Part shown: positions 27,001-40,345 of the stretch, in pieces
Position numbering within the stretch: the first letter of the stretch is position 1
Layout of the letters: each line of letters starts with the position of its first letter
From: Azolla caroliniana
Taxonomy: Eukaryota > Plantae > Polypodiophyta
Assembly: GCA_043228905.1 (NCBI GenBank)
Contig: JBHGNT010000011.1
Location: 16,616,001 to 16,680,000, forward strand
Reading direction: 5' to 3'
Length of the DNA: 64,000 bases
Program-made: the position numbers and the translations under genes
Notes under the pieces: model-generated
What the model saw: the letters and a program-made list of their open reading frames with translations, nothing else
What the model was told of the DNA's origin: nothing
The model's database searches: none

Positions 27001-27520
27001 TCATCTGAAATACTGTGCATTTTCGGGATTGGGTTCTCGCATTGAAGTCTCCTACAAGAAATACTTCTCCTTGGGAAGAATATCGGATTATGTCATCCGA
27101 TAGGGGTTCGTATGGAGAAAGCCCATGTGGCATTCCTTCATCGACTAATCTCGTCAAGCCACCAATATTATAACGGGATCCTTTTGGGGGAAAGTAACAA
27201 ATGGTGAAAAATACTGCATGGTCTTTGCTTGTGGAGACTTTCACCCACATAAAACGAGCTTCTGGGTCTATCTTTATTATTTCTATCCTATTATGTAGCT
27301 CTCTACGAAACAGTATCGCGACACCTCCAGATCCCCTAGTAGTGTGTCGACGTGAGGTTTGTCTAAAAGCGGACTCCCAACGGAATCCTTCGACCCGTGG
27401 GAGTCCTCTATTTGGGCTCTGATGTGTTTCTACCAAGAAAAGTATATCAGATACCTTTAGTATCTCCTCTAGGCGGACGGGGTGTGCCTAGAGTGCGCCA
27501 TTACAATTCCATAGGGTCAT
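24077..27520 (-). pseudogene. LINE ORF2 (APE endonuclease, RT, CCHC finger) with in-frame stops
   Basis: One frame from ATG 27520: MTLWNCNG, FLVETH, GSGGVAIL, VGDFNART, STIDYLI, VDHSFL (endonuclease); FVDFRKAFDTV, GVKQGCP, LLYADD, YVYLGV (RT). TAG stops at 27488-27490, 25328-25330 and 24077-24079; coding-like sequence continues past the last. Confidence 0.92.
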
Positions 27521-27556
27521 CCTAAGTGCATTTTCTGTCACATGGGCCACACGCCG

Positions 27557-28369
27557 TCAATTAGTAGTGCGATCATTTATGATCACTCGCCCGTCTCGGT
27601 AAAAGGCGCGATGGCCTTCTTTACGAGCTTGCATAACTCGTGGCATACAACTCTTGCGATGCTCAATTTGCATCTTAGTGAGGTCTTCATCGAGATAGAT
27701 GGGGTCCCCATCCATTCCTCGAAGGATTGGTCTCTTCTTAAAGAAAGTGATTCTAGAGTCTAAGTCTTTAAATTGAAGGACTAAGGCTCTCTTCCTAGTT
27801 GTGTCACGCCCGGCCCTCCATGCTTTGGTGATAGGTAGGGCCTCTGTGTACCCTAACATTTTCCCAAGTGTTTGTGCGTCCTCATTTGGGGATGCACCTT
27901 CCTTGAGCCCAGTGACACGTACATTTAAGCGTCGGGCCTGACGCATTTTCTCTTCTTCAAGGGTGGTATTAACAATATTTTCATCTTTTATTTCTTTTTT
28001 AATGTTTCTTTTAACCACATCTACCCAACCCGTTTTAGCTAACTCTATGTTATTATTAACTTCCTCTTTAACTTTTTTAATTTCGTCCTTTATATCCTCT
28101 ATAGAGGATATTTCACCGTCTTCTCAAGATACCTCGATGTCCTTAAGTTATTTTTTAAGGTCGATGTTTTCTACTTTAAGTTGTTCTATTTCGGCCTTGA
28201 GGGCATCTTTTTCCTCTCTATCTTTTTTCTTGTGGGTTTCGGTGTCTTTCACCCATTTTTTCATATCCATCTCTATTTTTGTTAAACGATTAAACATATC
28301 TAAAAAGTCCTCCTTACTTATAGCCTCGTCTTGTATATCCTTATGTTCCTTAGTCCGTCTAGACGTCAT
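27557..28369 (-). pseudogene. LINE ORF1 (coiled coil plus RRM/Transposase_22-like), interrupted by stops
   Basis: ORFs 28148..28369 and 27557..28018 share a frame. Motifs RRLNVRVTGLKE, AWRAGR, ALVLQF, IYLDEDLTKMQIEHRK. Confidence 0.85.
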
Positions 28370-28864
28370 TGTGGTGTCAATAGGAAAAAAAGGTAAAATA
28401 AATGGGTTCGAGACTTAGCCGAGTTTGTGTGTATGTCGCAATCACATCGGCATTTTGTAGCACGCGACGGGCACACCAAAAGAGCCCACCCATGAACTCG
28501 TCAAGAAAATGGCACTTCACAACATCAAGAGAGAACGGAGAAGAAACACCCTGTGACAGCGACGGCGACAACGGCAGTCGTCAAACGACGGTAGACGACG
28601 ATTGCAAACTGTAGAAGACGGCTGCAGACGGTAGAAGACGGCGACGTCCGCAGACAACAATAGTCGTCGGACGACGGGCGACGGCGACGGCGACGACACT
28701 AACCGGCGACAACAACGGCAGAGAGAGACGAGGAAGCGAGAGAGAGAGAGAGAGCTGACGGCGACGGTGACGGTGACGGCGACGGCGACGACAGCAACGG
28801 CAGAGAGAGTCGTTACATAGGGACTGATGAGAGAGAGGCAGAGAGAGAGAGAGAGAGAGTTCAA

Positions 28865-28999
28865 CCCCTACATTCCATAGTGGCATCTAGGGAAATAAGA
28901 GATATCTATGGAGTATGTAATAGAGAGGTGAGAAAATTGGGTTTCGAACCCAAGATGTAGTGCTAGTAGTGTATAACGACTTACCACTAAGGTAAGCTA
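28865..28999 (-). mobile_element. tRNA-derived Pol III head (A box and B box); SINE-like or LINE 5' module
   Basis: Minus strand TACCTTAGTGG (28994-28984, 10/11 match to TRGCNNARYGG), a 33-nt spacer, then GGTTCGAAACC (28950-28940, perfect B box). No intact cloverleaf seen. Confidence 0.5.
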
Positions 29000-30447
29000 A
29001 TTACAATAGAGAGAGACAAAGAGAAAAGACAGAGACAGAGAGAGAATCTCTTTGTAAAAGAACTATAACAGACACTTGTGTGTCTTTTTAGTTCTTGAAT
29101 CTTGAGTTTTCTTCTCCTTCTAATCTAAGCTACAACTCTCTCTCCCTCTTTCTCTCACACTTTGGGAATGTCACGATCAACATTATAGTAGACATGACTA
29201 GTAGTTATGTGTGTTAGTATATTGTATCGTTAGTCTAATATTAAAGGAGTGGTCACAAAATGACTTGTATGATGCTGATAGGGCCCTAAACCTATTCTCA
29301 CTAGGGTGGGAACCCCCTATTTGTGCAACAAATAATGCAAAATGTAGGCCATGAATGAGTGCCACCTTGCACCTCTCTATGGATCACACTTCATTTAAAA
29401 CTTGCATGTATATGATGCATCTGAACATCTTGGAGTGTGATATGTTGGGCTTCATCTTGTACTAGCGCTTGTATCAAGCAACATCATGTACAATAGCCAT
29501 TAGACATTGGTTTGCTAGTCTAGTACCTCGGTTGTTTTGTGAAAACTTCGAGGTATCCTACAAACTACCAAAATAACCATAACTTGATAGAGTCTTGTAA
29601 TACCAGGGATAATCACGTTTTTAATGTCTTGTAGGGTCATTGTGATCTTTTTTTAAAGACTTTTGGATATCTTAGCCTTTTTGAAAACTTTTAGGTATCT
29701 TGGTCAACTGTCAAGAAATTTCCTTCTTCTCAATAGATAAACTCTCTTAAAATTAATTGATAGTGAATTACACAAATATCTAAGGAACCAAGGAAAAGCA
29801 AATGAGAAAATAGAGTATATGCCTAACATTGAAATCTTCATGTCACAACACATTCTTTTCAGACATGTGTCACATCAAAATATGTGGGAATTAATACCTC
29901 ATGGTGCCTTATACCATGTCACATGTGCAAAATCATGGAGATAAACTCATGCATGGACAAAAAAGAACCAAGAATGAGCAAAGAAGGTATTCATGAAGAG
30001 GAAAGGGTGAAAAGGACTTTGATTCTTTGTAAACCAATAGCCTATTACACTTTCCAAACTATAGTATTCCATTTGAACTCTTATAAAGGATAATGAAATA
30101 TATGGAGTACATTTTTTACAAAATGCATAATATTCTAACACATCAACTTCCATCAATTTTCATTGATGATTTCATTGAGGTATCCAAGTGTTTCATGTAA
30201 CCATATAACTTTATAAGTATGTATTGCTCTCTATTGTCTACACTTATGTCTAAGGAAGCCAACAATGTATGACTACAATTTCCTTTCCATCACTCCAAAC
30301 ATTCAAGATTTACATAAATGATATAAGAATTAATACTTTTTGTTGTAAATGGGCTTCACGAAGGAAGAGCTCATTTTGAATTAAAATCATAGAAACAATA
30401 TCTTTCAAAATCATCAAGGATTTCTTTGTTTTGTTTGTAGGAATCAC

Positions 30448-32504
30448 TTAAAAGGCATCATTCTCATCTTCATCATCGCCATCTGGCAAAGGTAGTCTCA
30501 TGGCTTGATTCAATTCATGTTCATGTCTGAGTGAAAAAGAAACATAAGTTACCGGCACATATAATTGCTACCAAAAACTAATAATGTCAACGATAAGTAT
30601 TTTAAAAATGTAAGCGACAATGTACACAACCTAAGAGAATGCACACAAAAACCACAAATCTAGATGCTCATTTGTAAGTTATTGCAAAAGCTCAAATTTG
30701 CTCATGTACTTACTCGGCTTGGAGAGCCAAATCAATCTCGACCTCAGGGGGTGCTAATGCAGGTGTCTCCACAAAGTGCAAAGTAGGATCCCTAAGAATA
30801 AAGCATCATTAAACAAAAAAAATAACCTTCCAACATGTTTTCTATTCTTTTTCGTGAGAAAATAATTGTGTTTTTTAAGTAAAAGAATTGCAAAAAGTAC
30901 CACTTTTTCATGAGGAATATTATACACTTGTTTTCGATAAGAATTGTTGAAACTTTATTTATTCCATAAAAGATACTACATTAGTGTTAAGAAATGCCCT
31001 AAGACTATACATGAAATATGTACATTTAGGGAATGAGCCCCTTGCTAAGATTCGAACATATCTAAATATTCTATTATTTTAAGTAGAATTATTAGAGCTT
31101 TTCGACATATGTCGTTTTTGTTTCTTTCACAAGGTATCGAACATGTAACCTAGCTACTATGTTGCCAACTAAAAGAAATTTCCAATACAAGAATACATAC
31201 CCGGCTAATTTCCGTGCCAGATACAAAAACGGCTTCTCGAAATTGAAGTTGCTCTTAGCTGATATCTCATAATACTGAAGATTCTTCTTTCTATGAAATG
31301 TGACTTGTTTAGCCTTGACTTGCCTATTCTTCACATCTACTTTATTTCCACACAAGACTATTGGAATATTCTCACAAACCCTGCGAAGTGATGATGGCTC
31401 ACACATATGAAGCTTATTACAATCGAAAACATATGAAATCTTATTATGTATAGCAACTAAATAAGATTGAAAACTTATCAATGTGATAGAAACTTATTAA
31501 GATAAAAAACATATGAAATCTTATTATGCATAGAAACTTATTAAGATTTTATGGATTGACATTATTTAAAAAAACACCAAAGGTTTTTGGATAGAAACAT
31601 GCAAATTTATAGATTCGGAGACACTATTTTATAAATTGAAGCATACAAAGTTTGTCAATTGCAAGTATGAAATGCATAAAGGAAGAGTACTCAAATTTTA
31701 TTCATTCATTACCTACACAAATCCCTATGCCATGTAGGGACATTCTTGTATGAAAGTCTCGCAGTGACATCGAACATGATTATGGCAGAGTGACCATGTA
31801 TGCTACCAACAACAAACAAAAACCACATGGTAACATCATATCAATGGAAAAATGCTTTAGTGATTAAAAAATATGATCATACATATCATCAACCACATGA
31901 TTGCAATAGAATCTTACTAATAGCCATCACGAAGTCCTCCAAATTTCTCTTGTCCAGCAGTATCCCAACAATAAAATCGTATGCGTCCGCAATTTGTATA
32001 AAAATCAAGCGGGTGGACCTCTACTCCAATTGTGGCTATTAAATATAAAATCAACCAAAGAAGGAAGCAAAAATAAAATAAACATGAAATAGAACCAAAA
32101 TTTCTTGTAGATAAATCATTTAGCAAATATATATAAGCACTTACGTTCATATCGTTTTTCGAATTCCCCAGTTAGGTGTCGTTTCACGAAGGTTGTTTTC
32201 CCTAGCATCATGATAAAATTCACAATCAATTATGGATTTAATATAAGAAGATTGCATATAGCTGATTATTTAGGTTAGTTGTTTTTCTTTTAATGATTGC
32301 TAATGTATATAAATGACAATATATACCAGTTCCTCCATCCCCAACTATGACAAGCTTAAAACTTGGGCAATCAGCAAATTGTCCAGGAAGGGCCTTATAT
32401 ATATACACACACAATTGTACAAGGAAACAAGAAAAAATTTAGGAAGATCAAAATCTCATACACATATCTAACACCTACATATGAAGGAGACAAAGGCCTA
32501 CCAT
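30448..32504 (-). CDS. RAN: Ran GTPase (8 coding exons)
   Basis: Exons 32504-32502 (ATG only), 32393-32327, 32201-32145, 32035-31918, 31802-31713, 31380-31201, 30791-30714, 30526-30448. Motifs [35 protein letters not shown] and an acidic tail [11 protein letters not shown]. Confidence 0.97.
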
Positions 32505-33765
32505 AATATGAGAAGCAATTGCACAATGAATGTGAAATGTAGAAGACAGTTTGTTTGTGGAGACCTAAGTTTAGTCCGTTTGATTTAGTTGTTTATATAG
32601 AGAGGGGTTTTGTATTATTATGTTGCTTTTTTCCCCTTATTGTGTAGTTTGGAGAGAATGGCTTGGGTTCAACGCCAACATTGTTGGTCCACTACTATTA
32701 TCCCCCTACAACTATAAAGGAGAATCTTCCCTTTCACATCAATGTTATTATTACTATAGCAACAAACTTTTGAGCAAGCTCTTGCCTCGATTCACACACC
32801 CTATCTCTTACATTTAGTGTGCTCTAGCTCCTACATGTTTATTGTTCATACCTTGGCTTTGTGTCCTACATATTTTTGTATTGATTGGATTCTCTGCCAC
32901 TTAACACATTTTGTCAGGTCTCCCCCATGTTGTCAAATGTTTTGCATTCGCATCATCAAATGCCAAACCCATAAATCTTCCAACACCCTCACCACTGTTC
33001 TAAAAGAATCTTAGTATGACCTTTGACATCAACACCAACTTCCAATGGTGCCATTGACTCTATTGGTAAATACAATATTATACCTTAGCTTCATCCATTG
33101 TTTTTTAACTTTAATATTTAGATTTTTGGATTTCTTTAACATAAAATGAATGTTCAAACATATATGGCAATTTGTTTTGCTTTACTTTACCACCTCTTTC
33201 AATTTAGGGTCTTGTAATTACACAAGTTGATAACATGAAATATAAATGTCGGACAAATTTCTTTAGCTATAAGTTGATTTCCAAAGTTACATACTTAAGA
33301 GTTTTTTTTGTTTCTTTAACCATCTCTTTGTTCCAGGACTTGCTCTTCAAACTTGGAACGCCAAAAACCAATTTTTTGAGTGACCCTTGGATTGTTTTAC
33401 ATTTTTAATAAGTTATCATCATCTTAATTCCAAGGTTTTCTTCCTTGCGGAAGGGGGATCGTCAATTTTGACTATCCTTACCACCAATGCTTTTTCAAAG
33501 GTAAAACTATGGAGGCTTTAATAAAAGAAGAGATATAGTTTATGTATGGCAAAAGTTACATAGAAGTCCAAGGACAAAGAGATAAGGACTTGTAGGAAAG
33601 TTTAGCTGCCTCATTGAATCTAGAATAAACTTTACCTTCAACTTGGCTCCAAACATTTTGTTATGAAACTCTTAAATACATTTACTTGTACATTTTCATA
33701 TAGATCCATTATGGACGTACAATAACTATATTCCTAAAAACATGTATTGCTCTCAAAAGAGTGTA

Positions 33766-34100
33766 CAAGTAACGATTAATGGGCTATGGAAGTTAACTTC
33801 ATTAAGGGATTGAGACTTAGATTACAAATTTGGCAATGGGAAACTTCCAAAAAAAATTTATCAATGATGGAAATGTAAAATTTTACCCATATATCTTTGA
33901 TAAAAGCCGTCCATCTAGAGCTTCATTGAGCATATTCTACATGAGTATTAGGCATTGATTTGGTTAAAACATACTTTCAAGTAACAATTAATGGGCTATG
34001 GAAGTTAACTTCAATTAAGGGACTGAGACTTGGATTACAATTTTGGCAACGGAAAACTCCCAATAAAATTTTTATCAATGATGGAAATGTAAAATTTTAC
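33766..34100. repeat. About 120-bp direct repeat, two copies (33766-33886 and 33978-34100), just 3' of the DUF615 stop
   Basis: caagtaac.attaatgggctatggaagttaacttca...tttatcaatgatggaaatgtaaaattttac occurs twice. Confidence 0.9.
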
Positions 34101-34129
34101 AAATCCAAAAAAGAGACTATCAAAATCAA

Positions 34130-37100
34130 CTAATTCTCATTGGATAATCTAACTAGAGATTCTAAGTAATCTCTAAGCTTTTCTTTTGGTTTGTCAATGC
34201 TATCAGAATTCTCTTCATCTTCCTTTTGTGGCTGTCCAAATCCATTTTTTGTAGCTTCTCTCACTAACCTCCGCAATTCCTGCCATGAGATTTTTAACAT
34301 TTTTAAAGATGAAATGAATAATCCAAGCCTGATGGAATCCAACAAATATACATAAGATAAACAAATGGATTATATGTTGAACTATTTCGTCGGTGCTTCA
34401 CATTTCATTGTAAGGTTTCCATTTGCTCACAGTTATCATCGCAAAACCGTGAAGCCAACCTAAGATTTGAGTAATCATACAATGATTATCCTAGAGGTCT
34501 TACTTGATAGTGTTCACTCATCCATCTCATGAATGTGTTTCTCTTACTTCATAATGGGTACGCAGCTATCAAATCAATGTATTGCGTTGAAAGGTCTACT
34601 TTTTCTCTATGTACTCACAAGCCATCAAGAGTATAAACATTGATTCTCATTTTATAAAGGTTATGATGCCTCAAATCCTTCAAAATCAATCAGCTATAAA
34701 GTGCTTTCCTACAGGAAAGTATTAACTGCCTTGAGAAAAAGCTATGCAATTAAAAACATTGTGACTAGGAAACTAAAATACCTGTCGATTAAAGTTTGCA
34801 GATCTTATGGAATACACTTCGCTAAGCACATCTGAATCTCCAGAAAGTAGGCCTTCAAGCCACCGTTCTATGGGAGAAGTGGCTGAATCCTGGAGGGTTT
34901 GAAATGTTCAGTATAAAATATTCATCAAACATAGATACCAAAGTCAAACATATCTACCTTACTGCACCTATGTATCTTTAAATAATACAAAATAGGCCTA
35001 TACTGGTGGTCTAAGAAGCATTGACATGCAACAGAAATTTTTTACACTTTGAAAATCCTCTCTGTAGTTGACTTAAACTCATTTGTGGCAGGTTCCAGAA
35101 CCCTTCCTGACAGGTTAACAATGCCATCCAACTAGGATAGAAGTACGATATGATAAACAACCATAGAGAAAGCTCGGAATGAAAGTACTCAACAAATAAG
35201 ATCATGGATGAGGGAAATGGCTAAATATCATAGATGCTACAAAACTTGAGAGCTTTGGATATAAAATGGCAAGAGGCACTCATAGGCAATTATCCCGCTC
35301 ATATCAAAACTTGGTTATCCAAACCCTAGTCATCCAGACAATGGATAAACAGACAATCAGACAGGACAGTGTATACACGCCAATGGGCCTATCTCTGACA
35401 TAATTCACTCCATTAATTGATGTTAAGTATATGCTCCTAACATTCTCCCCCATTTTACCTAAAGTTGTCATGTAGGAGAAGCTAAGATGCATTGTGGTTC
35501 ATGTGGTTGATAGCTCAAGTTCTCTAGAACAACAAAGCTTTAAGCACACATAACATCGTTTTCATAAGCAATAGCTTCACTCAACCCACAAACAGAAAGT
35601 TATATGCATTAGAGCCTGGCACATGAAGTATCAATCAATATTCTTGCCTTCTATTTCTTCTATAGGTTCTTCCTCAATCTTCTTTCCTTCAAAAACCATA
35701 TTTATCTAATACTGTTACTGCACACATCTCCTTTTGCCCTTCAAGTCATTTTCATTCTTGTCAAAATGGCTATTGCATGATTAGCTAATAGTTGGATACA
35801 GCTCCAAGAAATATCCTGGATGTTTTGTATTGTCCTCGACATAGATATTTGAAAGTTCATAGTGTAAGCCTAGACTTCTCTAGCTCCTTACCATACTTCA
35901 GAAGGCTCATTCCTGTGTGTCCTAAATATCTTTGCCATGAAATCTCTTTTTTGTTCACCTTTTGGCCTCGTAATCATGCCAATCTTTTGCGGTGCCCTAA
36001 TAGCATCTCATAAATAAGAAGGCTGAGGATTTATTTCGAATGAACCAATTTTCCAACACATGTCTCTCATAGAACGTGAAATTCTAGAATTATGTCTCAA
36101 TGTTCTTAAAATATCCAATATAAGTGCACAGATTGAGAAAGTGTTGGGCATTATTTTGGAATGCAGGCTAAGAAGTTTCCATGGTGAACACTGTTATCCA
36201 ATTAGTCTTACCCGACCACTATCTTCCTCTTCACTGGAGACATCATCAGATTCAAATTCTTCAGCAGGAGAATCTGCAGGAACATTGGCTTTATTGAAAG
36301 CACCCTCAACATTTCCATTCTTAATAGCCTTAATAATTGATGCCATCAGTTCAGGGTCAACATCACGAAGCATTCCACCTGAAGCACAGCATAAGAGAAC
36401 AGCAAGCCACATCAAATTACTTGAAATAAACCTGCAAGTAGAACATAACATGGAACCTCAAAATAATGATATTACCGATAAGATTAAGTTGCCGCCTCCT
36501 AGCATGTTTACCATCTCGCCCAATTCTCTACACATTAAAACAAAAGATCAGTTATGCCAAAGATAGTACACATCATAGCAGGGCCAAATAAATAGTGGAC
36601 GTGGAGATAGCATGAATCTGAAATGAATCTCATTTAATATATCATTTATGTAAGCATGTCATTTGTTTTGTGCATACATGAGATTAAAACAGCACACCTT
36701 TACTAGTTTCACCGCATCAAAAACTTCTTCCTGCAGATCACCCCACCTACATCAGTGATCATTCAAATAGAGAATATCAACATTTGAATAAGATTAAGTA
36801 GCTGCATATCATCTTCCAGAGTTTTTCTAGACGAATCTTGTTTTTATGGTACCATGGACACCCATATTCAAGTTTAATTCTTTGCTAAAGAAAGAATGCA
36901 TTTTCTACTTGGACATTGAATTTTCATCACTTTGTCCTATGGCCTTTATTGCACAATTATGCAAGGTTTGAATGACATAAATCACCAATGCCCAAAAAAC
37001 ATGTCTAATGTTTATACTTTGGAATAGCCAGTCACAAAATCAAAAGCTGTGAACCATGAACATAGATAGCAGAAGGTAAAAAAGATGGACCTTCTCGAGT

Positions 37101-39444
37101 AAATAGAGACCACACAACCAAAAAGTCCTCCTTTGAGACTAGCCGAGATGATGTCAAGGAAATTTGTTATTTGAGTTGCTTCTGGTGTTAAATCTAATAT
37201 GCCAAGTTAATGCATTAACCAAGTTAAATTGATTTTCCGTTAAATTTGTTAGATGCTTGCCATCACCAGGATGGTGTTATTTTTGTTCTTCTTTTATGGC
37301 ATTATTAGGTGTTCTTTTTTTTCATACCATTATCCAACAACTATTTTGCTTTTTTACTTGCTCCCCAATAGCTTCCAAACTTCAGCAAGAAGATATTGTA
37401 TGGCTCATGTGAAAAGGCTGAGAACCAATGTTTCCTAGAACAGAAGAGCTATGCATATATTCAGTTTAATTAACATTAGGGTGTATGGAGGTGTGCCTCT
37501 CCTAGAAATTTACCAAATCATTAGTAGACATTACCAATTTCTACAATTAGCCTGATGCAAGTGAGGCCATATATGTAGAAATTGCAGAAGTTATTCTAAA
37601 CCAAAAAGCTACGGAGATGGGAGAAGTGACAGAATATGGCGAACACTTTCTTGCCTTGGAGAGTGCGCATGCATCATTCGTAGTATATAATAATGTTTGT
37701 CCCTATGGTCTAAGTCAGATTATTAATATATAGTTGGTGTGTATACTTATACAGTATATGATGGCAGACCTAATTTGGATCCATTTCACCTCCCTGAAGT
37801 AAGTTAAACCCACATGTGGTAGAGCAGCATAAAATAGTTAGTTTGATGATAAATGTTGAGATACAATGAGACACTTGCAACAGTAAGTGTCTCTAGGAAT
37901 TCGCACACATAGACAAGCAAGAGCAACCTTCCATTGCCCTGGGAGTGAAAAGAAGAAATCGTACTTGTCTAAATTTGAAGCAGAGGTTTATAGGTTGTTC
38001 CCACGTTAAAGCGGTAAAAAAGAGCATGGAAAATGTTTACTGAGAGGCAACCTAACTCACATAAGACTTGGCATGAATATGTGAAAGCACTTCACGACTT
38101 CTTGGGTAGCACACTCATCTATATGGCTCATACCATGATAATCAAACTTTTTTATTGTACATAATGTAAGAAAAACAATTGATTGGTTATAATTTGGAAA
38201 GGTATAAGATTAGGATGGATAAAAAACTGTCAGCCTTTTGTCTATGCTCATAACATCATAATCTCACTTTTTGCACTCATCATTAATAGAGCTACATGTG
38301 AGGGTTTCACTACAAACTGTATGGAACACAGCATTGTACAAATCTTCGAGAGTGGAGATCCCATGATGCTTGGCAACAATCAAACAATCATGATTGGCTT
38401 CAACTTGGTCAAACCATATGGTTCTATCGTAGATTCATAGTTGAGCATATGGAAAGAGAAATGAATGCCCAAATGGCAGTCTTTAAGAGCAATCAAGCAT
38501 GGTAACAAGATTGGAACCAGAATTCTTATTGGCAGAGGAGAAGATTGCATTCACACAATCCTATACATACCTCGGAGGAACTTTTGCAAGGTTTCAGTTC
38601 ACCCTTCTAAGACACCATATGCTTGACTTTCCCATGGATATGCAGCCCTTGGTGCTGTTGAAAGAAAATATGCACATAAAAAGTTCCACTTGTAACTACT
38701 CTTTCTTCAGGGTGGAAACTAGGGCAACCAAGGCCCCCGGCACATAACTAGAGAGACACTCGAACACAACCAAGGTTGAAAAGAATACAGCATTGCAAAA
38801 TGATATTATTAAATTAGATAATGAAAGAATGTGGAAAAGCTCTACGATTCCACTTGGTACAAAGATAACAAATTATAGCCCACATTTTTGCACTTGTTAA
38901 ATGATGGATTTCAGAGACATTAATATCTGTCTCTTTCTTTGTCTTTCCAAAGGAAAATCCCATACAAAAACCTACCCTGAGACTTTTGTGTCTATTATAT
39001 ATTCCAGACTAAGATGCACAAGTCTAGAAAACGACTAAAGTTGGCTAAAGATACCCACGTAAAATTAACCACTGAAATGGCATGTAATGTCGCTCTCATA
39101 TGGTTAATACATACAAAAGAGTGGTTCTTTGTACTTTACCTGATTGCTCGACGTAGCTGCGAATCAGAGAAATTGGAGAACTCAAGGGCCCAATCGACAC
39201 CTCGTAGGGCTTCTCTCTTTTTCTGCCCTTTGCTTTTCTTCTCGATAACAACAGTATCGATACCATTGCTATGATCTTCAAGTGAGGAGAGGAGAGCCAG
39301 AGGAGAAGGGGAAGGTCTCCTGAGCCGGTCTAAAGAGGAGGCCTTGGAGTGCAGAAAGACTGTAAATGTTGAGGATGCCCATGAAAGCTGATGAGGAGAA
39401 ACTGCACGACGGAGCTGGGGGCAAAGGTGTAGCAGTATCATCAT
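34130..39444 (-). CDS. DUF615/YjgA (DarP)-like ribosome-associated protein with a probable organellar transit peptide
   Basis: Exons 39444-39140, 36746-36698, 36527-36476, 36378-36212, 34889-34782, 34279-34130 with consistent phases. Motifs KKSKGQKKREA, ARRRQLNLIGGMLRDVDPE, ERWLEGLL, FNRQELRRLVREA, KLRDYL. Ser/Arg-rich N-terminus. Confidence 0.88.
38200..38945 (+). mobile_element. Old, internally deleted RTEX-like LINE fragment in DUF615 intron 1
   Basis: LIINRATCEGF..IFESGDPM..QTIMIGFNLVKPYG and SYTYLGGTF match ORF2 of the 23.6-28.9 kb element. It ends agacattaatatctgtctctttcttt, the family tail. Confidence 0.8.
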
Positions 39445-39924
39445 CGACACATGTGAATGACTGAATGAATCAATCCATCCATCCTCCTCTGTTCTCTTCT
39501 TCCTTCACACAACTCACATAATGAAGAAATATGGACCAATGGTTTCCTCACTAGGGGTATTCTTGTAAATTCCTGAAACTATAAGGGTATTCTTCCAAGT
39601 TTCCTTAATGATGATGATGATGATCTTATTCTTCTTCTTCTTCTTCTTCTTGAATTTACAACACTAGTATGCTACCTCCATTTGTCTACCCTATGTGGTG
39701 TGCATTTATTTGCAATATGTTGAATGTGCAAACAGGTGTCGATTATGCCAAGCCAATAGAAACAACAGACGTAATGATATAGCCAAGTTTGTAAATCGTT
39801 CATTTTCTTAAAAATGCCTTTTATGGCACATGCCACATCTCACTGTTAGATCGGGTTAGGTGTACTGCAAGTTACACGCTAAATGGTGGGGTCAGCAAAG
39901 CAATACCACTTGGAACAATTAGTA

Positions 39925-40345
39925 CATTAGAGGGCACCCATTATTGTTTGCCATCGCCACTAATACATTATTGCATTGTTACATAACTTGGTTGAATATG
40001 TGGATATGGTTGGAGTTACTGAACTCATCATGGAAACAATTGATTGCTCAAGGATAGATTGATCTTCCTTTCATGTTCTTGAAGCTCTAGTTGATCATAT
40101 AACTAAAGTCATAGACTGTATTTTCCTTGACATTAGGGTTGCCCATTATTGTTTGTTATTACCACCAATACAATTCTTGTAATGTTACATGACTAAATTT
40201 GTGGATATGGTTGGAGTTACTCACTCGTCATGGAAACAATCAATTGCTCAAGCATAATTTGATCTCTTAGCCATGTTCTTGAAGCTCTAGTTGATCATAA
40301 CACTAAAGTTATGCATTGTATTTTCCTTTGATGATAGGGTTGCAC
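39925..40345. repeat. About 205-bp tandem duplication (2.1 copies)
   Basis: cccattattgtttg...gtggatatggttggagttact...catggaaacaat...catgttcttgaagctctagttgatcata repeated head to tail. Confidence 0.9.

Larger units (their letters stand above)
23621..28859 (-). mobile_element. Near full-length RTEX-like LINE (ORF1 plus EN-RT-CCHC ORF2) with (TTTC/TC)n tail
   Basis: CpG-rich 5' region with (CCGTCG)n and (CT)n, then ORF1 and ORF2; the 3' end reads aagacgttaatatatctttctttctctctctc on the minus strand. The clade call rests on remembered motifs (SSHQLEIENGR..PREERICRLC..EDEYHF..CP.Y..IR) and needs an RT phylogeny. Confidence 0.9.

Noticed and set aside
28402-28886. ORFs in the GC-rich (GACGGC)n/(GA)n region
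   Set aside because: Low-complexity translations of the LINE 5' UTR repeats.
28930-29000. Functional tRNA gene
   Set aside because: A and B boxes are present but no acceptor or anticodon stem could be paired; kept only as a tRNA-derived head.
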